A stretch of DNA of 64,000 nt from Nitrospiraceae bacterium. GTDB lineage: Bacteria; Nitrospirota; Nitrospiria; Nitrospirales; Nitrospiraceae. This document shows, piece by piece, positions 1 to 8,612 of the stretch. Under the pieces are notes generated by a model. It worked only from the letters and a program-made list of their open reading frames with translations. It ran no database searches and had not been told where the DNA came from. The number at the start of each line of letters is the position of its first letter. The first letter of the stretch is position 1. The DNA lies in NCBI GenBank assembly GCA_050246315.1, contig JBFWWG010000002.1, positions 460,811-524,810 on the forward strand. The letters run 5' to 3'. Both the position numbers and the translations under genes were made by a program.

Positions 1-1284
1 CATCACACGATCACGCAGCACCTGACGCTGCTCCGCCATTCTCATGGTTACCCCTCCGCCGAGCGTAATAATTGGCTCAGGTCTGGTGACCAGCGGCGTC
101 GAATCCTCCACGTATTGCGCGGTCTCCGGATGGTTCAGCAGGAAGTATGCCCAGGAACTGATGTTGTCGATGATACTCTGCGCCACGTACGGCCCCACTT
201 CCTCCTGAATCTGCGCCAGGGACTGCGTATAGAGATGAATCCAGATATTGGCCCCACCGCCCTTATTGAACAGCTCCTTGATATCGGGGTAGAGCACGTT
301 ATGGCCCTCGTCGATGTGCAGGCACAAGGGCGGAGTGAGCGCACGCCCGGAGGCAAACAGGCGTCCCACCAGGCTCTGAATCATGGAGATGAACACCTTC
401 GCGATAATATGCGCCGTCCGGCGCGTCAAGAGCGTCCCGGTATTGCACACCAGAATCACGCGCTTTCCGGATTCGAGCCGCCGAATGAATTCGTTCGTCT
501 TCGCTTTGCCGATGATCCGTCCGGTCGTGCCGAACGTCAGAGCGGACAACATGGTTTGCAGCGATGCGGACACCTTCGCGTAGAAGTCCTGCATATTCGG
601 GCCGTGGGTGATCTGATCGATCGCCAGACAGAGCTCCTCCGTCCCGGGGAGCGCCTGCAACGTATCGCGGAATTGCATCAGATCCTTGTGCCCCACCCGA
701 AGCTTCACGTCGTAGAAGGAGATTTGAGGAAGGATCCCCTTCGCCTTGGCGAGCACGATCAGCCCCGAGACCACCACCTGGGCCACCTGGGTCGCAATCG
801 CAATGTAGAAATCCTCCCGCGCCTTGATCCCAGAGACGATGTGATTCACCAGCTCGTCTTCCATGTAGTAACTCGACAACGGGTCCAGGTAAACCGACTC
901 ATCGGGAAAGATCGGCGTGAGCAGCATCAATTCCTCGAGCCGCCCGCACTCGGCCGCTGTCTGCACGACCTTTGAAAACAACTCGATATCTCCCTTCGGA
1001 TCGACCACGACCACCGAGTAGCCCTTCCTGATGTCCTGCTCGACGATATTCTCCATCAGGCGCGTCTTGCCCACCCGCGTGGTTCCCAGACACCCGAAAT
1101 GGCCACTCCGATCGGCATCCCGAATCGCAAACACACCTTCATGCCGAATGTCGTCGAGATTGGCGCCGAATCCCAACAACGTCAGGTCTGGATGAACTGG
1201 TCGCAGTCGACCCTTGCTGTTGAGCGCACGGAGTAGCTCCAACGAAGACGCCGTTTTCGCGGCCACGTTGCTTGATCCCGACAT
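1..1284 (-). CDS. traD: Type IV conjugative coupling protein (TraD/VirD4-like), runs off the window's left end
   Basis: Manual translation (absent from ORF track): MSGSSNVAAK...GHFGCLGTTRVGKTRLMENIVEQDIRKGYSVVVVDPKGD (Walker A + DPKGD) ... LHIDEGHN (Walker B) ... YTQSLAQI. Confidence 0.85.
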   Translation of the reverse strand, partial: MSGSSNVAAKTASSLELLRALNSKGRLRPVHPDLTLLGFGANLDDIRHEGVFAIRDADRSGHFGCLGTTRVGKTRLMENIVEQDIRKGYSVVVVDPKGDIELFSKVVQTAAECGRLEELMLLTPIFPDESVYLDPLSSYYMEDELVNHIVSGIKAREDFYIAIATQVAQVVVSGLIVLAKAKGILPQISFYDVKLRVGHKDLMQFRDTLQALPGTEELCLAIDQITHGPNMQDFYAKVSASLQTMLSALTFGTTGRIIGKAKTNEFIRRLESGKRVILVCNTGTLLTRRTAHIIAKVFISMIQSLVGRLFASGRALTPPLCLHIDEGHNVLYPDIKELFNKGGGANIWIHLYTQSLAQIQEEVGPYVAQSIIDNISSWAYFLLNHPETAQYVEDSTPLVTRPEPIITLGGGVTMRMAEQRQVLRDRVM

Positions 1285-1513
1285 ACTCCGGTACTACCAC
1301 CGTCCCGATCTCCATGACGCCCCATTCCCACTCCCACCCATCAGAACGCCCGATCATTTCCCCACATTCCGGTCTGAACCAGAGAGCGGCCCTGGTACCT
1401 CATCGACCCTGATGTTCTCGAACACGCAGACTGGCATGCACAGGAAGTAATTCTGGATAGGGAGCCTTCACCGTTCGATATCCGACCACCTTCAACACAG
1501 CGACAGGTTACTG

Positions 1514-3769
1514 ATGACGACCCACACCACGAATTCCGTGCCAGGAGCCACCCATGAACGCAGTCCCCTCTCGGAGAACGCTCTCACCGTCCTCCGCGAA
1601 CGGTACCTGGCCAAGGACGATCATGGGACTCCGATCGAGACGGTGGACCAGCTCTGGGAGCGCGTCGCTCGCGAGATTGCCGTTGTCGAGACCTTGTACG
1701 GTGCGACGGCCGAGGAGGTCGACTCGGTCCAGGAGCAGTTCAGGCATCTGCTCGCCTCTCGAAAATTCCTGCCTAATTCCCCCACCCTCATGAACGCCGG
1801 CCGCGCCGGAGCCCACAAACAATACTCCGCCTGCTTCGTCATCCCCATCGAAGACGACATGGAGTCCATTGGGAACGCCGTGACAGCCGCGTTGCTGATT
1901 CACAAGAGCGGAGGAGGTACGGGATTTTCGTTCTCTAAGTTGCGTCCGAAGGGCGATCGCGTGAGGAGTTCGGGCGGCGTGGCGTCCGGCCCGGTCTCCT
2001 TCATGAAGATCATCGACGGCGCCACCGAACAGGTACGCCAGGGTGGAACCCGCAGGGGGGCGAACATGGGCATTCTCCACGTCCAGCACCCGGACATCTT
2101 GGACTTCGTGAGTTGCAAGACTCAGGACGGCCAGATCCGCAACTTCAACATCAGCGTGGCCGCCACCGACGAGTTCATGACAGCGGTCAAGGAGGACAGG
2201 CCCTACGCCCTGATTAATCCCCGCACGAAGCACCCTGTCCAGGAAGTCTCCGCACGGCTGGTCTTCGATCGCATCGTCGAGGAGGCCTGGAAGACCGGCG
2301 ATCCCGGGCTTTTCTTCATTGACCGCGCGAACCGGGCCTGCCCCATTCCCGCGATGGGCGAAATCGTCTCGACCAATCCCTGCGGTGAGATCCCTCTGCA
2401 TGGCTTCGATGCCTGCACGCTCGGCTCGATCGATCTGGCCAAACATCTTCGTCTCCAGCCCGGCCAGCGCCACTACGAGATGGACTGGGGTAGCCTCGAC
2501 CAGACGATCCGACTCGCGGTTCGATTCCTGGACAATACCATTGATGCCAACGACCATCCGCTTCCCGAGATCAACAGCATGACGCGACACACCCGCCGCA
2601 TCGGCCTCGGGATCATGGGCTATGCCCGGTTGTTGATGGCCTTGGGCCTTCCCTACGGGAGCGAAGAAGCCCTCCGAATTACGGAGCGGACCGCGGACCG
2701 GATGAAAGCCATGGCTTGGCGAGCGTCAGAGGAATTGGCCCACACACGAAGCGTCTATCCCGCTTGGAATGGAAGCACGCATGAACAGGAAGGGAGAAAG
2801 GTCCGCCACAGCTACGTCACGACCGTGGCGCCGACAGGCAGCATCAGCATGATCGCCGATACGAGCGCGGGCTGTGAGCCCGAGTTCGCGCTGGTCTGGT
2901 TCAAGCAGGTCCTCGAAGGCAAGAAGCTCCCCTACCTGTGCGACCTCTTCGAAGCCACGGCCAGGCGCGAAGGCTGGTGGCACGATCATCTCCTCGACAA
3001 GATCGCCGCCAACCACGGGTCTTGCCGTGGGCTCCAGGAAGTCCCTGACCACTGGCAAAACGTCTTTACCGTGGCTCACGATCTCACCCCTGAGCAGCAT
3101 GTCCGGGTCCAGGCTGCCTGGCAGCGCTTTAGCGACACCGCCGTGAGCAAGACCATCAACCTGCGAGGCACGTCCACGATAGAAGATGTCCGCCACGCCT
3201 ACCTGCTCGCCTGGGAACTCGATTGCAGCGGTATCACGGTCTACCGCGATGGGAGCCGCGCCAACCAGGTGCTGAATCTCGGCAAGGCGGACAGCGATGG
3301 GAAGGTTCGCGATCACGGAGCAAGCGAGGCGGAGGACGGAGACCTCCCTGTCGCCAACCCCTTCGAGCTACCGGATGTCCTGGACGCGAAGCGCGTGCAT
3401 GTGAACACCACCGATGGTCACGTCTACGTCACGATTTCGACCTTCAGGACCAGGCCGATCGAGGTCTTCATCCACACGCCCGTCGAGGCCAGCAACGCTG
3501 AAATCTACGAATCCTTTGCGCGGGTGCTCTCCATCTCCTTACGATCGGGGGTGCCCGTGGAGGCCTTGCTCGAACAACTCGAAAAAGCCAACCAACGATA
3601 CGGATCGGTCGCAAGCATCCCAGCCGCCATCATCCGAGCACTCCGCATGAGCCAACTGGTCAAAGAGAACGGCAACGGCCTCCCTCCCTGCCCGCAATGC
3701 GGCCAGAGCACCATTCGGCAGGAGAACTGCCTCGTGTGCCGGCAATGCGGCTGGACCAAGTGCAGCTGA
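1514..3769 (+). CDS. nrdJ: Adenosylcobalamin-dependent (class II) ribonucleotide reductase with C-terminal TSCPD-like domain and Zn ribbon
   Basis: NSPTLMNAG, SACFV, RRGANM, TNPCGE, TVAPTG, SKTINL; terminal CPQCG...CRQCGWTKC; no adjacent beta-subunit gene. Confidence 0.92.
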   Translation: MTTHTTNSVPGATHERSPLSENALTVLRERYLAKDDHGTPIETVDQLWERVAREIAVVETLYGATAEEVDSVQEQFRHLLASRKFLPNSPTLMNAGRAGAHKQYSACFVIPIEDDMESIGNAVTAALLIHKSGGGTGFSFSKLRPKGDRVRSSGGVASGPVSFMKIIDGATEQVRQGGTRRGANMGILHVQHPDILDFVSCKTQDGQIRNFNISVAATDEFMTAVKEDRPYALINPRTKHPVQEVSARLVFDRIVEEAWKTGDPGLFFIDRANRACPIPAMGEIVSTNPCGEIPLHGFDACTLGSIDLAKHLRLQPGQRHYEMDWGSLDQTIRLAVRFLDNTIDANDHPLPEINSMTRHTRRIGLGIMGYARLLMALGLPYGSEEALRITERTADRMKAMAWRASEELAHTRSVYPAWNGSTHEQEGRKVRHSYVTTVAPTGSISMIADTSAGCEPEFALVWFKQVLEGKKLPYLCDLFEATARREGWWHDHLLDKIAANHGSCRGLQEVPDHWQNVFTVAHDLTPEQHVRVQAAWQRFSDTAVSKTINLRGTSTIEDVRHAYLLAWELDCSGITVYRDGSRANQVLNLGKADSDGKVRDHGASEAEDGDLPVANPFELPDVLDAKRVHVNTTDGHVYVTISTFRTRPIEVFIHTPVEASNAEIYESFARVLSISLRSGVPVEALLEQLEKANQRYGSVASIPAAIIRALRMSQLVKENGNGLPPCPQCGQSTIRQENCLVCRQCGWTKCS

Positions 3770-3799
3770 CGGTTTACCCATTATATAGAGAGGTCGGTC

Positions 3800-4405
3800 A
3801 TGCCTCCCCAGTCGCTTCCACCATCCGTCCCGCTCAACGCGGCGACCATGACGCCGAGAACGGATCAGAACGTCGGGCTTCAGGTCGGATGGACCGTGGT
3901 CTACCGCGATGCTAACGACCGACTGCAGGATGGCAGGATCATCGAGATCCTCGACCCGAGCGCAAACGGCCGCGTCAATCTGGATTCCGGGGTCACCCTC
4001 CCCATTGCCAAGATCACCGCCGTCAAGGCCGTCGATCAAGCCGGCCACTGCCTCGCCGCCTGGACCGTCAACCCGCACGGCTACGATGGCACCAGGTCCG
4101 CCACTGTCCCGGTGCTCACCGGTCCGGACCGGTGGCTCAAACGGTTCCGCCGCTTGGCCGAACTCACCGCCGGCATCACCAGCAACGATCCACGATTCCC
4201 TTCTATCATGCAACTCCTTAACCAATGCGACAAGGCCTATGTCCGCGGCCAGGACGAATCGTTCATTCAGTGCGCGCGCCAAGTCGTCGCACTCGTCAAC
4301 GCTCCCGTCTCCAGACAAACCGCTTCCACCGAATCCGGCGAGCGTGCTCCATCTCAACGAGCCGCCCAGCGACCGTCACAGTCATCCGATCCTTCCCCCA
4401 CGTAA
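3800..4405 (+). CDS. Hypothetical protein (ICE cargo)
   Basis: GAGG RBS, co-oriented with neighbours, coding-like codon pattern. Confidence 0.7.
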   Translation: MPPQSLPPSVPLNAATMTPRTDQNVGLQVGWTVVYRDANDRLQDGRIIEILDPSANGRVNLDSGVTLPIAKITAVKAVDQAGHCLAAWTVNPHGYDGTRSATVPVLTGPDRWLKRFRRLAELTAGITSNDPRFPSIMQLLNQCDKAYVRGQDESFIQCARQVVALVNAPVSRQTASTESGERAPSQRAAQRPSQSSDPSPT

Positions 4406-4453
4406 CCGTCTCCTCAGTCTCTCTCGCATCGACCCATCACGAAGGAGCATGCC

Positions 4454-5980
4454 ATGCAGACTTCCATGCCTGATCTCGTGGCGCAGTTCGTCCGCGCCCG
4501 CAGGGTCTCCGTTCCTCTGCTCGCCATCACCACACCAGATCCTGCCGCCACGATCGGCCTGATCCGGACCTACGGGTTGCGCAGTCCCGGCTCCGATCAG
4601 GAAGACCCCGTTTTTTCCTGGGACGTCAGCCGAGGGCTCATGCCGGTCAACAGCGCGGCGGACAAGGCCTTGGCTGCGCTGCTGGGAACAGGCAAAGCCA
4701 ACGTCACGATCAATCCCTCGGAAACCCTCAAGCTCCTCGCGAATGTGCCCCCGAAGAGCGTGGTGTTCTTTCACAATGCCCACCGCTTCATTCGCAACGA
4801 GTTTGTCTCGCAAGGGATCTGGAATCTGCGCGATGTCTTCAAAGGGAAACCGGCGATCCTCGTCTTGCTGGCTCCCGCCATCGACGTGCCGACGGAACTC
4901 TTCCATGATCTGCTGGTCCTGGAAGAAACCTTGCCAGGCCGGGAGCAACTGGCCGCGACCATCAAGGACCAATGCGTCCAGGCGCAGATCGAGCCTCCCT
5001 CCGAAGACGTCATGGCTCAGGCAGTCTCAGCCCTCCAGGGGCTCGCCGCCTTTCCGGCCGAACAGGTCGTGGCCCTCTCGCTCGGCAAAGCGAAGGGCCT
5101 CAACCTGGCGCGGCTCTGGGAACGGAAACGGCAAATGATCAACGCGACACCCGGCCTCTCCGTGTGGAGCGGGAACGAACGGTTTCAGGATATCGGCGGC
5201 GTGCAAGCCGCCAAAGACTTCCTGGTCAGGCTCTTCACCGGCAATGCTCCACCGAAGGCCGTCGTCTTCCTGGATGAGATCGAGAAGATGTTCAGCGGCT
5301 CCCTGTCCTCCAATCAGGATACGTCGGGCGTCACCGTCTCCATGTTGGGCACGCTGCTCACCTACATGCAAGACCACAAGGCGAGAGGCATCATCTTCGT
5401 CGGCCCGCCAGGGACCTGCAAATCCATGGTGGCCAAAGCCAGCGGCACGGAAGCCGGGGTGCCAGCGATCTGCTTCGACCTCGGCGCCATGAAAGCCTCG
5501 CTCGTGGGTCAATCGGAAGGCCAGCTGCGGCAAGCGCTCAGCGTCGTCAGCGCCGTCGCCGAAGACAATGTGCTGTTCATCGCTACCAGCAACAATGTGA
5601 GCGCCCTCCCCCCGGAGCTGCTCCGCCGCTTCAAATACGGCATCATGTTCTTCGACCTGCCCTCCGCCTCGGAGCGGGACAGCATCTGGGGCATCTATCG
5701 CAAACAGTTCCGGATCCCGGCTGAGATGGCCCAGCCGCCAGACCAGGGCTGGACCGGCGATGAGATCCGGACCTGTTGCGAGCTGAGCTGGCAGCTCGGA
5801 TGCTCCCTGGAGGAAGCCAGCGCCTACATCATCCCCGTCTCGATCCGCGCCGCGGACCAGCTCAAGGAGCTGCGCTCGCAAGCCAATTACCGGTACCTCT
5901 CCGCTAGCTACCCGGGCCCCTATCTCATGGACAAGGCCGAAGCGGCCCAGGGACCGAGCCCTCGCATGTACGTGGCCTAG
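4454..5980 (+). CDS. Ycf46-like AAA+ ATPase with internally swapped Walker B/Walker A blocks
   Basis: AAGGAG RBS; FQDIGG, VVFLDEIEK, GIIFVGPPGTCKS, SLVGQSE, FIATSNN, LPPELLR, FFDLP. Confidence 0.88.
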   Translation: MQTSMPDLVAQFVRARRVSVPLLAITTPDPAATIGLIRTYGLRSPGSDQEDPVFSWDVSRGLMPVNSAADKALAALLGTGKANVTINPSETLKLLANVPPKSVVFFHNAHRFIRNEFVSQGIWNLRDVFKGKPAILVLLAPAIDVPTELFHDLLVLEETLPGREQLAATIKDQCVQAQIEPPSEDVMAQAVSALQGLAAFPAEQVVALSLGKAKGLNLARLWERKRQMINATPGLSVWSGNERFQDIGGVQAAKDFLVRLFTGNAPPKAVVFLDEIEKMFSGSLSSNQDTSGVTVSMLGTLLTYMQDHKARGIIFVGPPGTCKSMVAKASGTEAGVPAICFDLGAMKASLVGQSEGQLRQALSVVSAVAEDNVLFIATSNNVSALPPELLRRFKYGIMFFDLPSASERDSIWGIYRKQFRIPAEMAQPPDQGWTGDEIRTCCELSWQLGCSLEEASAYIIPVSIRAADQLKELRSQANYRYLSASYPGPYLMDKAEAAQGPSPRMYVA

Positions 5981-6017
5981 CGGAAACTCTCTCGCTTCTC
6001 GTCTCGATGAGGTCCCG

Positions 6018-6332
6018 ATGCCTTGCTGGATGACCGTCACCACCACCGTCGAACTCAAAGCCGCCGATCAGACGCTCCTCACACAGGCCGCTGAACGGCT
6101 CGGCTGGACCGTGATTCCCGAGGGAGAGGTCCTTCGCATCCAGACACCCGACGGGATGACGCTCCTCGTGTCCGCCCAGTCGGCCGTAGTTCCCCGCGGC
6201 CAGGAAGAACTGGTCACGACGCTCCAACGATCCTACGCCCACCAGATTCTTGACAGCGTGGCCTCCCGATTCGGCTGGACACTCGAATCCACCGACAGCT
6301 CGGAATCCAATTTCGTCCTCAGCAAATTCTGA
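6018..6332 (+). CDS. Small protein, DUF1257/Ycf35-like by size, position and pattern
   Basis: T.VELK...LL.QA...LGW ... LQRSYA..I.......GW pattern, directly after the Ycf46-like ATPase. Confidence 0.65.
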   Translation: MPCWMTVTTTVELKAADQTLLTQAAERLGWTVIPEGEVLRIQTPDGMTLLVSAQSAVVPRGQEELVTTLQRSYAHQILDSVASRFGWTLESTDSSESNFVLSKF

Positions 6333-6355
6333 TATTCGCGAAGGAAGGAACCGTC

Positions 6356-6577
6356 ATGCACAGCCCTGACGCCATTCACGTGCACATCGCACAGGACGGA
6401 ACCCTGACGATCACCACGGACGACATCGGCATGCCCAACCACCGAGAGGCAGACGACTTACTCAACCTGCTGAACCAACTCGCCGGCGGCCAGACCGAAT
6501 CCATTCAGCGGCCCGAACGCCTCCTCCATGAACAGCACGACGACCATTCGCACCTTCACCACTCACATCGCGCATGA
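6356..6577 (+). CDS. Small protein, DUF2997-like, with His-rich tail
   Basis: IHVHIAQDGTLTITT...LNQLAGG pattern; tail HEQHDDHSHLHHSH; AAGGA RBS; ATGA coupling to next gene. Confidence 0.6.
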   Translation: MHSPDAIHVHIAQDGTLTITTDDIGMPNHREADDLLNLLNQLAGGQTESIQRPERLLHEQHDDHSHLHHSHRA

Positions 6578-7491
6578 GGTTCCCCATGGACACCCCACAA
6601 GCCTCCCTGTCCGCACTCTGGAAAAACGCGGTTTGCCTCGTCCTCACGTTACGGAAACTCGGCATCAAGCGGACCGTCCGCCAGGACGTGCTCGCCATCG
6701 AGACCGACCGCGCCCTGGTCAAGGTGACCAAGGCGATCCTGGCCTGTCCTGAATACAAGGAAATCACGAAGCTGGATGCCCAGATCCGCAAGAAACTCTC
6801 CAGCTATACGCTGCCGTCTTCCCTCAGGCCGGGGATCTACCTCGTTCCCAATGCGCTCCTGGAAGAGGTCGATGAGCTCATCATGAACTTCAAAGAGAAA
6901 CGGGAGAGCCTGATCGACTATTTTGTGCAGGTCTACCCCAAGAGCAGAGAAGAAGCCCAACTCAAGCTGGCCGACCTCTACAACCCAGCGGATTACCCGG
7001 ACGTGGACACCGTCAAGGCGGGCTTTCTCTTCGAATGCCAATATCTGACGTTCGACCTTCCCGGAACCCTGAGTACCCTCAGCGAGCGGCTGCTGACGCG
7101 TGAGACCGAAAACGTCTCACAAAAAGTCACGCAGATGCTCGATGATGCCAAGACCACGCTGCGCGAGGCGATGGCCGAGCTGGTCGATCACCTGATGGAG
7201 CGACTCACGCCCAACGCCAATGGCAAGGCCAAGACCTTCAAGGCCGGCACGGTGACCAACCTGATGGACTTCTTGAACCGATTCGATGCGCGCAATCTCA
7301 GCCAGGATTTGGACTTACAGAAGCTCGTGAATCAGGCCGAGGGCCTCCTCTCCGGGATGGAACCGAGTCGCATCCGGAAGGACGAATCCGTGGCCACGGT
7401 CGTTCGCGAAGGGATGCGAGCGATCAAGTCCCAGCTGGATGAGCTACTGGTCGAGAAGCCGTCGCGCGTCTACGTGCTGGAGGATGAATAG
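6574..7491 (+). CDS. Hypothetical alpha-helical ICE protein (DUF3150-like)
   Basis: GIYLVP, YNPADYP motifs; translationally coupled. Confidence 0.65.
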   Translation: MRFPMDTPQASLSALWKNAVCLVLTLRKLGIKRTVRQDVLAIETDRALVKVTKAILACPEYKEITKLDAQIRKKLSSYTLPSSLRPGIYLVPNALLEEVDELIMNFKEKRESLIDYFVQVYPKSREEAQLKLADLYNPADYPDVDTVKAGFLFECQYLTFDLPGTLSTLSERLLTRETENVSQKVTQMLDDAKTTLREAMAELVDHLMERLTPNANGKAKTFKAGTVTNLMDFLNRFDARNLSQDLDLQKLVNQAEGLLSGMEPSRIRKDESVATVVREGMRAIKSQLDELLVEKPSRVYVLEDE

Positions 7492-7589
7492 GAGCGAGAT
7501 GCCGCTTCCCATTCCGGCATCTTCGTCACAGTAATACCTTCTCTGCCGGCGTCTCCATCACATGATCACGCCAAGGATCACAACCCGTC

Positions 7590-8612
7590 ATGAAGCTCTC
7601 GCCCGACGACATCCGCCGCGCCCGTTCCGTCAACCTCATCGAGCTCCTGATCGGGCTGGGCCACAAGCCCGTGTCCCGCCGCCCAGACCATGCCCTCTTC
7701 CACTCTCCCTTGCGTGACGACCGCCACCCGTCGTTTTCTGTCTCCCGTGTCAATGGCGCCTGGGTCTGGTACGACTTTGGCCCGGGCACGCACGGCGATG
7801 GCATCGAGTTCATCCAACAGACATTCCACCTCACATTTCCCGAAGCGGTGTGCAAGCTGCTTGGGGACTCCATGGCCCCCACTCATGGGCCAAGCCGATC
7901 ACCGTACAACTCGGACCGGGAGCGGCGACGGCGTATCGACCTGGCCCGGCAGGCCTATCACACAGCCAAAGCCAGCATGACTCCCCAGAAAGAAAAAGAA
8001 CTTCGCCAGTATTTCCTCTCTCGCAAGGTCCCGTACTATCCCCAGCTCGGCGCGGTCTGGATCGCCCGCGGCGAGACCAACACTCCTTACATTGGATTTC
8101 CGCTTCCCGGCCCGAACGCCCATTTCATGCAGGGCTTGGAATGCCGCGCACTCCATGAGGTTCCGCACGAGCTCCTTCGGACCACGATCGGGATCAAATC
8201 TCCCTGGATCGTGAAGCGCAAGGACGCGGCAGTCCTCGTCACGGAGAGCATTCTGGACTGTTTAGCCGGAGATGCGCTGTTCGGCCCCACGTTCACGCTC
8301 TGTGCCCTGAATGGGATCGGCAACGTCGGCAAACTTCCAGAGTACCTGACGCGCCTCCATGCGAAGATCGTCTACCTCGCGCTGGATAATGACCCCGAGC
8401 CTGACAAGGGTCCGAAAGCCCAGCAGGAGGCGATCGCGCTGCTCACCGGACTTGGCCTGCACGTGGTGGAAGTCCGAGTCCACCATCAGGCAGGCGTGAA
8501 GGACCTCCACAAACTTCTGCTTCGGATTCCGACCCGCATCTCGCCATTCCGCCTCACCGAGAGCGGCCTTCACCACCGGGCCTCACCGCGCGGGTCATTC
8601 ACCTTCGCGTGA
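7590..8612 (+). CDS. DNA primase-like protein (degenerate CHC2-type N-domain + Toprim)
   Basis: SPLRDDRHPSFSV...WYDFG..THGDGIEF; Toprim VTESILD ... LALDND. Confidence 0.8.
   Translation: MKLSPDDIRRARSVNLIELLIGLGHKPVSRRPDHALFHSPLRDDRHPSFSVSRVNGAWVWYDFGPGTHGDGIEFIQQTFHLTFPEAVCKLLGDSMAPTHGPSRSPYNSDRERRRRIDLARQAYHTAKASMTPQKEKELRQYFLSRKVPYYPQLGAVWIARGETNTPYIGFPLPGPNAHFMQGLECRALHEVPHELLRTTIGIKSPWIVKRKDAAVLVTESILDCLAGDALFGPTFTLCALNGIGNVGKLPEYLTRLHAKIVYLALDNDPEPDKGPKAQQEAIALLTGLGLHVVEVRVHHQAGVKDLHKLLLRIPTRISPFRLTESGLHHRASPRGSFTFA

Noticed and set aside
115..975. 286-aa plus-strand ORF
   Set aside because: Antisense shadow of the minus-strand TraD-like gene, which has clear motifs
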